Positions 29,070-37,926 of a stretch of DNA of 64,000 nt are shown piece after piece; the first letter of the stretch is position 1; the number at the start of each line of letters is the position of its first letter. The position numbers and the translations under genes were made by a program. Below the pieces are notes generated by a model, which saw nothing but the letters and a program-made list of their open reading frames with translations, made no database searches and was not told the DNA's origin. Source of the DNA: Anaerohalosphaeraceae bacterium (GTDB lineage Bacteria; Planctomycetota; Phycisphaerae; Sedimentisphaerales; Anaerohalosphaeraceae); assembly GCA_963675525.2 (NCBI GenBank), contig CAXXSL010000011.1, forward strand, positions 64,001 through 128,000, in the 5' to 3' direction.

Positions 29070-29768
29070 ATGAGATACGGAATGTTAATCGTCATTGGAC
29101 TCTCATTGTTCTGTTTATCACTGATTCTGTTGCCGGGCCTTGCTTTTGCCGAGCAAGCCGCCGAGCAGGATAAGCAGGCAAAGGCAGAGGCGGCTAAACC
29201 CGCCGAGAAACCGGCTTTGGTCAATGATAAAAGTCCTGATGTTAATCAACAGCCGGATAATGACAAGTGGAAAGAGCAGCTTGACAAACGGCATGTCTAT
29301 TTCATTGAGTGGCTTCAGAAAAACTTTCCGAAAAAGGCCAATGAGCTTTTGACGGTTTTCAATAAACAGCCCGAACAGTTTACCGAGAAACTGGATAAAA
29401 TCAAAGAAGTTTACGGCCCCATCCTGCGTGAAGAAAGATACCATCCTGATCTGGCAGTCGTCATGCGGGAAGACCTGAAACTGCAGGACCGGCGGGACCA
29501 GTTGCTCCGTGAAATCGGTCTTGCCAAAGATGAGGATAAGCCGGAACTGTTCAAGCAGCTTAAAGAACTCGTATCTGCCCGGTTTGACAATCTCATTCAG
29601 CAAAAACAACTTCAGTATGAATATACAATCAAACGTCTTGAGAGAGTCAAGCAGCAACTGGACGAGCGCGGCAAAGAATTGGAGAAATTGAAAGCCGAAA
29701 AAAACGACTCGGTCGAAAAACGGTTAAAAGAGCTGACCGAGCAGAACGAAAAGATCAACTGGAAATGA
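29070..29768 (+). CDS. Secreted/periplasmic coiled-coil protein
   Basis: Signal peptide ending AFA, charged helical body; third gene of the ECF operon. Confidence 0.7.
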   Translation: MRYGMLIVIGLSLFCLSLILLPGLAFAEQAAEQDKQAKAEAAKPAEKPALVNDKSPDVNQQPDNDKWKEQLDKRHVYFIEWLQKNFPKKANELLTVFNKQPEQFTEKLDKIKEVYGPILREERYHPDLAVVMREDLKLQDRRDQLLREIGLAKDEDKPELFKQLKELVSARFDNLIQQKQLQYEYTIKRLERVKQQLDERGKELEKLKAEKNDSVEKRLKELTEQNEKINWK

Positions 29769-29801
29769 ATGATTCTCCGGCGGGGAGAACTCTGTAACAT
29801 T

Positions 29802-29836
29802 AGCCCGGCATTTAAAAAAAACGTCCGGGCTTTTTT
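29802..29836 (+). terminator. Terminator after the ECF operon
   Basis: AGCCCGG...CCGGGCT followed by a T run. Confidence 0.5.
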
Positions 29837-30683
29837 ATGGGTGCCTTTGCCGCTGCTCACGCTGTGTGGCTTCCTGCAGCATATTCTTTTCTTTTTCGCT
29901 GAGACTGTTGATCCCTTCACGATGGACCTTTTCAAGGATTCGGTCCACTTCCTGCTGAAACCGCTGTTCCTGCTGCATCTTTTGAGCCCAGGCACCTTTA
30001 CTGCGTTCCATCCGAAACCGCGTCAGCCATGGTTTATATTTCACATACAAAAAACCCACCGCCAGGCCCGAAAAATGAGCTACTTCCCCGCCTACGTTTT
30101 TACCCGCCGCAACATTCATCAGACTCATGATCACTACCAGCACCACCAGCCAAACCATGGTCATTGGGATAATCCCCCAGAGCAGAACTTTTAACCGGGG
30201 ATACATCACCGCAATGGCCGCCATCATTCCAAAAAGTCCGCCGGAAGCGCCGACCATGATACCGGCAGGAAGAATTCTCAGCAGAACCAGCAGGGTATAA
30301 ATAATTCCTCCGGCGGCACCGGCAGACAGGTAGAACTTCAAAAACGCCTTGCTGCCCCATTGCCGTTCCAATATCGGGCCAAAGAAAAAAAGCACGATCA
30401 TGTTAAAAACCAAATGCCAGATCAAATCCGGATCGTGCAGGAACTGATACGTTACCAGCCGCCAGACCTGAATCGCATGAACGAATGAATCGGGCAGAAC
30501 CGCCCCGTACTTATAAATATATTGTCCAAAGCTTTCATACGTCAGCACCGCAATAATATAAATCGCAAAATTGCTGATCAGCAACCACTTGACGACCGGC
30601 GGAAGCCCTCTGAAACCACCGCCCATGTTATATTGCTGTCCGTATCCTTCCGGTCGAGCGTAATCTCTGTCATAAATTCCCAT
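29835..30683 (-). CDS. Rhomboid-family intramembrane serine protease with C-terminal helical extension
   Basis: WRLVTYQFLH, HLVFNM, GASG, AHFSG; tail EVDRILEKVHREGINSLSEKEK. Confidence 0.92.
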   Translation of the reverse strand: MGIYDRDYARPEGYGQQYNMGGGFRGLPPVVKWLLISNFAIYIIAVLTYESFGQYIYKYGAVLPDSFVHAIQVWRLVTYQFLHDPDLIWHLVFNMIVLFFFGPILERQWGSKAFLKFYLSAGAAGGIIYTLLVLLRILPAGIMVGASGGLFGMMAAIAVMYPRLKVLLWGIIPMTMVWLVVLVVIMSLMNVAAGKNVGGEVAHFSGLAVGFLYVKYKPWLTRFRMERSKGAWAQKMQQEQRFQQEVDRILEKVHREGINSLSEKEKNMLQEATQREQRQRHP

Positions 30684-30718
30684 AGGTTCCTCTAAATGAT
30701 TTCATCTTGTTCGCATTA

Positions 30719-30870
30719 TTGCTATAATATCAGCTCGTGTTTGTCGTTCCCGTTCGGGATTGTCACCCCCGCGCAGACGGGGGTCCATCAGGAACGCTGG
30801 ATTCCCGCCTTCGCGGGAATGACACATTTCGCGGGTATGACAATGTGTTATAATTTGCTATAATATCAGC
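30719..30870. repeat. REP/REPIN-like paired palindromic element flanked by a 16-bp direct repeat
   Basis: 27-bp arms 30761-30787 and 30798-30824 (TGGATTCCCGCCTTCGCGGGAATGACA); TTGCTATAATATCAGC at 30719-30734 and 30855-30870. Confidence 0.8.
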
Positions 30871-30905
30871 AAAATGGAACCGGTTTCAACCTTAAAACCA
30901 AAAAT

Positions 30906-32063
30906 ATGGATTATCTTGAACAATTACAACAGCAACTAAACCAGCTTAAAGATGAGAATCTGCTGCGGCAGTGCGTCTGCATCGATTCGGCACAGGGACC
31001 GACAATCCGCATGGCCGACGGCAGCGAAAAGGTGCTTTTCTGCAGCAATAACTATCTGGGCCTTGCCAACGACCCGCAAATCAAGCAGGCGGTGATTGCG
31101 GCCGTTGAAAAATACGGGACCGGGGCCGCGGCATCGCGACTGATCAGCGGAACAAGCCGGGCGCATGTTGAACTGGAAAACGCCTTCGCCGGATTTCTGC
31201 ATAAAGAGTCGGCACTGTATTTCCCTTCCGGTTGGACAGCAAATCAAGCCCTGCTGAGTACCCTGCCGCAAAAAGGCGACTTGGTACTCATGGACCGATT
31301 TGACCATGCCTCGATCATTGATGCGGCCAAAGCCTCCGAAGCACCATTTCGCACCTACCGCCGGAACCGCCTGGAACATCTGGAAAAGTATCTATCCGAT
31401 GCCGACTATAACCGTTGTTTCATCGTCACCGAAAGTGTCTTTTCGATGGACGGCGATACAGCCGATCTGGCGGAACTGGTCGAACTCAAAAAGAAATACA
31501 ACGCTATTCTCATCGTCGATGAGGCGCACGCGTTGGGGTGTTTCGGTGCAACCGGTGCCGGACTGTGCGAGCAGGCGGGTGTGCTGGATGAGGTGGACAT
31601 TATTGTCGCCCCGCTGGGTAAGGCCATTGCCGCAACCGGAGGAATTATTGCCGCGGCTAAACCGGTGATCGACACCCTTGTCAACAAGGCCCGGCCGTTC
31701 ATCTATACCACCGCCCCATCGCCGATGATTGCCGCGGCGGCATTGAAGGCTCTTGAGATCATTCAAGCCGAACCGGACCGGCGCAACCGTTTGCAGGACA
31801 ATGCGGCATTTTTAAGAAATGAATTCCAGGAAATGGGCCTCGATATCGGCAACTCCACCAGCCAGATCATCCCGGTCATTCTCGGCGAATCCGCCAAAGC
31901 GTTAGAGGTGTCCAAAAGGCTGTTCGAGGCAGGTTATTTCGTCTCCGCCATCCGCCCGCCAACCGTCCCGCCGGGGACAGCAAGACTGCGAGTTTCGGTC
32001 CAGTCCGGCCACACACAAGATCAACTGGATGGGTTGTGTGAAACACTGAAAAATTGGCTTTGA
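30906..32063 (+). CDS. bioF: 8-amino-7-oxononanoate synthase
   Basis: FCSNNYLGL, ASRLISG, DHASIID, SVFSMDGD, DEAHALG, LGKA, IRPPTVP. Confidence 0.92.
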   Translation: MDYLEQLQQQLNQLKDENLLRQCVCIDSAQGPTIRMADGSEKVLFCSNNYLGLANDPQIKQAVIAAVEKYGTGAAASRLISGTSRAHVELENAFAGFLHKESALYFPSGWTANQALLSTLPQKGDLVLMDRFDHASIIDAAKASEAPFRTYRRNRLEHLEKYLSDADYNRCFIVTESVFSMDGDTADLAELVELKKKYNAILIVDEAHALGCFGATGAGLCEQAGVLDEVDIIVAPLGKAIAATGGIIAAAKPVIDTLVNKARPFIYTTAPSPMIAAAALKALEIIQAEPDRRNRLQDNAAFLRNEFQEMGLDIGNSTSQIIPVILGESAKALEVSKRLFEAGYFVSAIRPPTVPPGTARLRVSVQSGHTQDQLDGLCETLKNWL

Positions 32064-32120
32064 CTTCGTTTTTAGTGTTAAAATGCGGCTTTTGAGTGTT
32101 TTTGGGGATTATTACTGATA

Positions 32121-32207
32121 CCAAAGTGCGCCCAAACGGCGCCAAAGTGTGCCATAAATGCGCCAACGTTGTCCAAAGGTGCGCCATTTTGTGCCAGTTT
32201 GTAACCA
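32121..32207. repeat. Helically phased degenerate 10-11-bp tandem repeats
   Basis: CCA at 32121, 32132, 32142, 32152, 32163, 32173, 32184, 32194, 32205. Confidence 0.7.
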
Positions 32208-32247
32208 CGAATCCCGATACATCGGGGCTAATTAACACAAATTACTA

Positions 32248-32276
32248 ACCACGGAAGACACGGAAATACACAGAAG
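32248..32276. repeat. Solo 9-bp-unit repeat resembling the GxxExxY-flanking repeats
   Basis: ACCACGGAA-GACACGGAA-ATACACAGAAG. Confidence 0.5.
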
Positions 32277-32363
32277 TTTATTGGGGTTTGCGCCATGGCG
32301 TTTTTATTTGCTCCTTCACTTAAATTATCAATGAACAACCATTTTTTCATCGACGGCGACGCT

Positions 32364-32395
32364 TCCCCCTTCGCTTTCAGCTACGGCGAGACAAG
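32364..32395. repeat. Short REP-like element (CTTCGCT..AGCTACGGCG..GACAAG), copy 1
   Basis: Related copy at 39892-39920. Confidence 0.6.
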
Positions 32396-32412
32396 CCGAC
32401 ACGACAGGCGGT

Positions 32413-32440
32413 ATTATACCATAAATTAAGTAATTGTCAA
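32413..32440 (-). promoter_or_regulatory. Consensus sigma70 promoter with no obvious downstream gene
   Basis: Minus strand TTGACA-N16-TATAAT with extended TG. Confidence 0.7.
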
Positions 32441-32495
32441 ACTTTTTGTTAATTTTTCACATGTTTTTTAATGCATGGCATCTTCTCACTAAAAA

Positions 32496-33071
32496 TCATT
32501 CTTCGATCTTCCTAAAGACAAGGTCTCCCCTGTAAACAGGTTCGGGAAAATCATTCAGAGTTTTTCTTTCTTTCGCGGTATCTGTGTTTTTGTTTTTCAC
32601 AATAACCGACTTTCCGGAGGTATGCCATTCCGCTTGCCAGGATTGACCGTCCTCTGAAACAGGACCGCGAAAGAGATCGGTCATGTCCCCTTCCATGGCA
32701 TGGTCACCCATGTCCTGATAGAAATGCTTGATAACGATTTGGACCTCTAACATTCTGCCTTCCGGATCGTACTCCAGGGTCCATGGGCCGGGTTCGAATA
32801 TTCCTGTTCCACCGAACTTAGTTGGATAAGTTGTTATTTTGTCAGGGGACATCATGGTTTTATTCAAAAAGACAATCGCATTTGAAATAGTGCCATTTGT
32901 TTCTATTTCAAACCGCCAATTGCCGCGGTCCGCCTGCCAGATACCTGCCAAAAATGGCGGTAACGCTTGCTCGCATAATGTCTGTTCCCTATTCGTATGT
33001 TCAGAAGTTTGGCCACAGCCCAGACACGCCAAAAGGACTATTAAGTTAACAATGCTCCAATATGTTTTCAT
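32496..33071 (-). CDS. Hypothetical lipoprotein
   Basis: From ATG 33071: MKTYW...LLACLGC lipobox; beta-rich body. Confidence 0.7.
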   Translation of the reverse strand: MKTYWSIVNLIVLLACLGCGQTSEHTNREQTLCEQALPPFLAGIWQADRGNWRFEIETNGTISNAIVFLNKTMMSPDKITTYPTKFGGTGIFEPGPWTLEYDPEGRMLEVQIVIKHFYQDMGDHAMEGDMTDLFRGPVSEDGQSWQAEWHTSGKSVIVKNKNTDTAKERKTLNDFPEPVYRGDLVFRKIEE

Positions 33072-33120
33072 AGAATCAATCTTCAAGACAAGTGGAAAAG
33101 TCAAAGCTGCCAATGATTTC

Positions 33121-36100
33121 TCACTGCTGACAATCACATGGAACATCTGGTGTATTGAAATAATCTAACAAAATATTAATATCATCATAGCCAACACGAC
33201 GGAAACTCGGTCCAATTTTTTCGGCTTTGTGATTAAAGTCAGCCGCAATCCAGGTATCCACTGCAGGGTCGCCACTATAGGTTTTATTAAATCCATCAAG
33301 CAAAATATCAATATCGTCGTAACCTACCCAGCGCATTTGTCTGGCGATAACTTCCTGTTGTCCATTAGCATCGCCGTAGCATTGACGTGACTGGAGCCAA
33401 CAAGATGGGAAGCCAACATTTACCCATTCTTGATAATCTGGGTGATTTGCCGGTAAGCCAAGTTCATCAGCACCGATATCGACTGAGCCCATCAATACTC
33501 TTGGCTCATTATCGACGTCAATCTGATTGACGTATATCCCATTGGGATCGCCGGTATCGATGCAGGGCGAGGTTGACGACAAATGATAATCATCATTAGC
33601 CGCATCAACAAAATTCGGATCTGTATTGATATTGCCATTTATTGCATTGCAATCTTGTATGCAACTGTAATATGCATCAAGTGTGTCAGTTAACAAAATC
33701 CAGTTTCCGCCACCATCTAATTCCCATGATGACAGTGGGTAAGACCACTCATCATCAGAAATATCCCATACAATAGAATTGTAGATTTTACAGACTTGTG
33801 GAATTGAGTCCTGCAAAAGACTAATCCCATAGTTACAATTTACAATTGTATTATTATATAGCATAGTTGAAGACTGCGGGTATTCAAGTTCAATACCCGT
33901 TCCCATCAAGTTAGGTCGATTAAAATCATAAATAATGTTATTATTAATCGTTGGTGTTTTATAATTATCGCCATATATCCCATACATCAATGCAGGAGAA
34001 CCTTTGATATGATTGTTAATAATGATCGGTGAACTTTCGCGGATATAAATTCCATATATAGAATTTTCAATATCACAGTTTTGAATTATTGGACTACAGT
34101 CGGCCCCTTCTTGCGCCCCACATTGTACTCCATAATAGGCATCTTTGATGGTCAAACCATTTAATATTGATGCAGATGTTTCACCTAAAATAAACTTTAC
34201 ACAGGCCGTATCATTATTGCTATTAGGAGCTGCTATGACAGTCTGTGCGACAACTTCTTTATCAGCGGGATTGGAGCTTGAAACCGTAACAGATTTCCCA
34301 TTGAAATTGACGAATTCCGTATAAACTCCAGGGTAAACAGTTAACTCATCGCCTGTTGAAATGTTGGGATCATCAATCGCGGCCTGAATAGTATAGAACC
34401 ATTTCACATCGTTAACATTAAAGACACCTGAAAACTCATACGTTCCCATATCTGTCCTGTTGCCGCGGAACCGCGATGTACCATCTAAATCGTATTCACA
34501 ATAGACTGTATTGGGGTCTCCCACTTCAAGACATGAAGAATAATTTTCAAGTCGATAATCATTAATGGACGTGTTCACAAAATTTGGATCAACATCGATG
34601 TTTCCTCCACCATCAACACCGATAGATGTTGGCCAAGAGACACCGCTTCCATTAGAGTTCATAATGTCACAATATTTAAATACGGGTTGTGCGCCCTCGT
34701 AGCATACAATCCCAGTTGGACTCCCTAAACCAACTGAATTGTTCCAGATTATATTGTTGATAAATACGGGATCAGAACCATTTACAAATAATACATAATC
34801 TCCGTCCGGTGAGATATTTTGCGTCATTGTGCAGTTAACAATTGTTGCATCTGCGGCTTCATAGAAATATATCACCTCACCCCAATCAGCACTATTATCA
34901 AAGAAAAGACAATTTGTAATTTCGGGAGAAGATGCCCAACAACTTATGGCTCCCGAAAATTCGGCAGCATTATCCTCAAAGATGCAATGAGAGATGATCG
35001 GATTTGCATTATTGTAGCACGCGATGGCCCCACCATCGACATTTTGTTCCAATGCACCATTATTTTTAAATACACATTTGCTAATAGTAGGACTGCTGTT
35101 AGAGCAGAATATTGCAGAACCCGCATAATAACCCTCTGATAACAATCCATAGCCATTTTTAATTGTAATTCCCGATACTACAGAGTTGGGTTCTTCACCT
35201 GAATCAAAAATAAAAGCACGATTCGGATTATTGCGAGTTCCTCCACAATCTATAATCGTTGCTGCAACGACATTAGGATCATCTGGATTTAAACTTTGGA
35301 CAGTTATCGATTTCCCGCCAAGATCCAAATTATAGCTCCCCTCGCCGGAGTAACAAATTGGCAAAAGTTCTATCGTGTCACCATCTATAGCATCATCTAT
35401 AGCTGATTGAATCGAACGATATGCCTTGTCCTGAGTCAGATTGAAACATATCATCGGCCTACTGCCGCCGCCCATTTCAACAACTTTTTCATAAATCCAA
35501 TCGATCGACTCTGTGTGGTTGGCCATTAAAAACCACAACTTAAAGTTTTCCATATCTGGAAAAGTTTTAACTGTTCCTGTTAGATGTCCACATAAAAACC
35601 ACATATTGCCATCGTAGACTAAAACCCCTGTTCCGGAATCTCCGGAATCGAGACCGCATCTGAAGTCGTTTGCATCTTCTTTCGGGGAGAAACATAAACT
35701 ATATCCTTCACGATAATAATTATATCCGTAATGCAATGTCCCAGCGTTAATTTCAATAGGGAAATTATTCCATGGGTCGTCAGAAATAGAATTTGTTCCG
35801 TCATAAGACCTTTGAGGTCCGAAGCCGGCAAAATAGACCTCTTGCTCAACTTGTTTATAATCTAATGGGGAGATATCGATCCAGTTTGAAAAATCGGCAT
35901 CTTCCATATATTCATTCGGGTCATTAACCACATTATATTCATCCGGGAGTGGAATCGCAGATGGTTTGACTTTCTTGACTTTAAATATAGCAATATCATT
36001 GACACCCCATCTGGCATCGACAACAAAGTATTCATTGTCATATGTATTCTCACCGATTCGTTTGATTTCTTTTCCAATAAACCAGGAAGGTGTTGTCCAA

Positions 36101-36327
36101 TGTGCGGCACCCAGAATAAAATTGGGTGCAATGACCGTTGCATTCGGATAACGGGCAAGATTGAACCATTCCAAACCTACAACACAATTAGGATCCGGAT
36201 GCATCGCCAGTGGGGGAGGACCGCCGTAAGTATCCCAATCTTCTTCCCAATACACAAGACCATAAGAAAGTGATGTAACAACAAACAAACAAGAAAGCGT
36301 GAAAATCGTTTTGGAATGACTCATCAT
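33121..36327 (-). CDS. Large secreted protein: trypsin-like serine protease domain, two parallel beta-helix modules, dockerin-like C-terminus
   Basis: Signal peptide; LGAAHW / DIAIF / GDSGTG triad-like motifs; SSPTISKCVFKNN-type repeats; duplicated VGYDDI.ILL; AAGGAG RBS before ATG 36327. Confidence 0.75.
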   Translation of the reverse strand: MMSHSKTIFTLSCLFVVTSLSYGLVYWEEDWDTYGGPPPLAMHPDPNCVVGLEWFNLARYPNATVIAPNFILGAAHWTTPSWFIGKEIKRIGENTYDNEYFVVDARWGVNDIAIFKVKKVKPSAIPLPDEYNVVNDPNEYMEDADFSNWIDISPLDYKQVEQEVYFAGFGPQRSYDGTNSISDDPWNNFPIEINAGTLHYGYNYYREGYSLCFSPKEDANDFRCGLDSGDSGTGVLVYDGNMWFLCGHLTGTVKTFPDMENFKLWFLMANHTESIDWIYEKVVEMGGGSRPMICFNLTQDKAYRSIQSAIDDAIDGDTIELLPICYSGEGSYNLDLGGKSITVQSLNPDDPNVVAATIIDCGGTRNNPNRAFIFDSGEEPNSVVSGITIKNGYGLLSEGYYAGSAIFCSNSSPTISKCVFKNNGALEQNVDGGAIACYNNANPIISHCIFEDNAAEFSGAISCWASSPEITNCLFFDNSADWGEVIYFYEAADATIVNCTMTQNISPDGDYVLFVNGSDPVFINNIIWNNSVGLGSPTGIVCYEGAQPVFKYCDIMNSNGSGVSWPTSIGVDGGGNIDVDPNFVNTSINDYRLENYSSCLEVGDPNTVYCEYDLDGTSRFRGNRTDMGTYEFSGVFNVNDVKWFYTIQAAIDDPNISTGDELTVYPGVYTEFVNFNGKSVTVSSSNPADKEVVAQTVIAAPNSNNDTACVKFILGETSASILNGLTIKDAYYGVQCGAQEGADCSPIIQNCDIENSIYGIYIRESSPIIINNHIKGSPALMYGIYGDNYKTPTINNNIIYDFNRPNLMGTGIELEYPQSSTMLYNNTIVNCNYGISLLQDSIPQVCKIYNSIVWDISDDEWSYPLSSWELDGGGNWILLTDTLDAYYSCIQDCNAINGNINTDPNFVDAANDDYHLSSTSPCIDTGDPNGIYVNQIDVDNEPRVLMGSVDIGADELGLPANHPDYQEWVNVGFPSCWLQSRQCYGDANGQQEVIARQMRWVGYDDIDILLDGFNKTYSGDPAVDTWIAADFNHKAEKIGPSFRRVGYDDINILLDYFNTPDVPCDCQQ

Positions 36328-36547
36328 CGTTTCTCCTTTTTGAAGTTTGAAAAACCTCAACTCAACCAGTTCACTATAAAGCGAACATTCTCCATATTAG
36401 CCCTGGGTACAAAATTGATTCCCACAAAAGGACTCCTTATCCCTTAAATTTAGTCCTATGAATCAGACAAATCAATCTCTTTTTTGAAAAAAATAAAAAT
36501 ATTTTTGTGGGGAATTGTGAATGACAACGGCCGGCAGGATGGCGGCG

Positions 36548-37483
36548 TTACGATGCTGGTTTTCTTGTTGCGAAGATGGTCAGGAGGATTAGTCCTGCGA
36601 TGATCAGGTAGATGCCGATGTTTTGTGAGACGGTGCCCCCTTTGTAGAGGATCCAGGCGGCGTCTTCGAAGGGATTGTCGTCGCGGATGGTTTCCAGCAC
36701 GAAGCGTGTGGCTCCGTACAGGATCAACATCAGGCTCATCACGATGCCGGGTTTTTTGCGGCCGACCGTCAGCCAGATAAGGCACAGCAGTCCCGCAAGA
36801 ACAAACGCGTTGGCGCTGGAATAGAGCTGTGTCGGATGCACCGGCATGGTGTGATAGGGGCCGGTTTTAACCGCCTCCTGCTGGGCGCCGGTCAGGTCAT
36901 TGAACGGTTTGAGGTAGCCCTCTTCATCATAATAATCGGAGGGCAGACCAAGCAGCGGTTCGTTTCGGTCGCGGGCGGTGTCGGGACGAATCTGGCCGTA
37001 AAAGGCCGGACTGCCGTAAGGAAACTGAACCGCCCAGGAGACAGTCGTGCATTTGCCGTAGCAACAGCCGTTCAGAAAACAGCCGATGCGGCCGAAACCT
37101 AAGCCCACCATCAAACCGATGGCGAGTATATCCAGGTAGAGGCGTTTGGGAAGCTTTTGCTTCCACAGGTAAATCCATAAAAACGCTACCGCACACAGGA
37201 AACCTCCCAGGAACTCCAACCCGCCCCGCCAGACGGCAAAGAACCCCCAAAACCCACCTGTAAATTCGTTGTGGTGATGAATCACATAAAATATCCGTGC
37301 CCCGACGATGCCGCTGATGAGGGCGTACATGGCGATGTTGGTGATAAAGTCGGGATTCTGGCCGGAGCGTTTCATGAACCGTCGCATCAGGGCGACAGCG
37401 ACCAGAAAGCCGATGACCATCATGGTGCCGTAACTTTTGACGGTAACGTGCAGGAAAGGAATTTCGAAAAGCTCCGGATGCAT
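36548..37483 (-). CDS. lgt: Prolipoprotein diacylglyceryl transferase
   Basis: MHPELF, GARIFYV, GRIGCFLNGCCYG, HPTQLY. Confidence 0.93.
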   Translation of the reverse strand: MHPELFEIPFLHVTVKSYGTMMVIGFLVAVALMRRFMKRSGQNPDFITNIAMYALISGIVGARIFYVIHHHNEFTGGFWGFFAVWRGGLEFLGGFLCAVAFLWIYLWKQKLPKRLYLDILAIGLMVGLGFGRIGCFLNGCCYGKCTTVSWAVQFPYGSPAFYGQIRPDTARDRNEPLLGLPSDYYDEEGYLKPFNDLTGAQQEAVKTGPYHTMPVHPTQLYSSANAFVLAGLLCLIWLTVGRKKPGIVMSLMLILYGATRFVLETIRDDNPFEDAAWILYKGGTVSQNIGIYLIIAGLILLTIFATRKPAS

Positions 37484-37849
37484 TTACGCTTTCTTTTTAA
37501 GCATTGTAAAATTATTTTCCTCGTCACACAGGAGGACCTTCGGTTTGAGGTCTTTCATCTCTTCCGGCGAGAAATACCCGAAATTCATGATAATCACGAC
37601 ATCGCCCGGGCTGAAATGCCGGGCCGCGGCGCCGAGGATGATAATATCCCTGCTGCCGGCAGGCGCGGGAACCGCATAGGTTTCCAGACGCTCGCCGTTG
37701 GTCACATTGGCCACCAGCACTTCCTCGTAGGGCAATATCCCCGCCGCTTTCAGCATCTCTTCATCGATGCCGATGCTGCCGGGATAGTCGATCTTCGTCT
37801 GGGTCACACGCCCACGGTGTATCTTGCCTTTTAACGCTTTTACAAACAT
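37484..37849 (-). CDS. panD: Aspartate 1-decarboxylase
   Basis: KIHRGRVT, YPGSIGID (Gly-Ser cleavage site), NGERLETY, GAAA. Confidence 0.95.
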   Translation of the reverse strand: MFVKALKGKIHRGRVTQTKIDYPGSIGIDEEMLKAAGILPYEEVLVANVTNGERLETYAVPAPAGSRDIIILGAAARHFSPGDVVIIMNFGYFSPEEMKDLKPKVLLCDEENNFTMLKKKA

Positions 37850-37926
37850 GTTTCGAGTTTTCCTGTATTTGGATAAATTTTAATCAAATAAAAGATTTCT
37901 TTCGGCCCTTCGGGCCTTGCCTTGTA

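Noticed and set aside
31876..32238. 120-aa minus-strand ORF with LAHLW-like repeats
   Set aside because: Produced by reading through the phased DNA repeat and overlaps bioF antisense; no RBS
32121..32276. Possible CRISPR array
   Set aside because: Units are 9-11 bp, degenerate and have no spacers; no cas genes
37904..37916. GGCCC-TTC-GGGCC hairpin between panC and panD
   Set aside because: Only a 5-bp stem with no U tract; function cannot be supported
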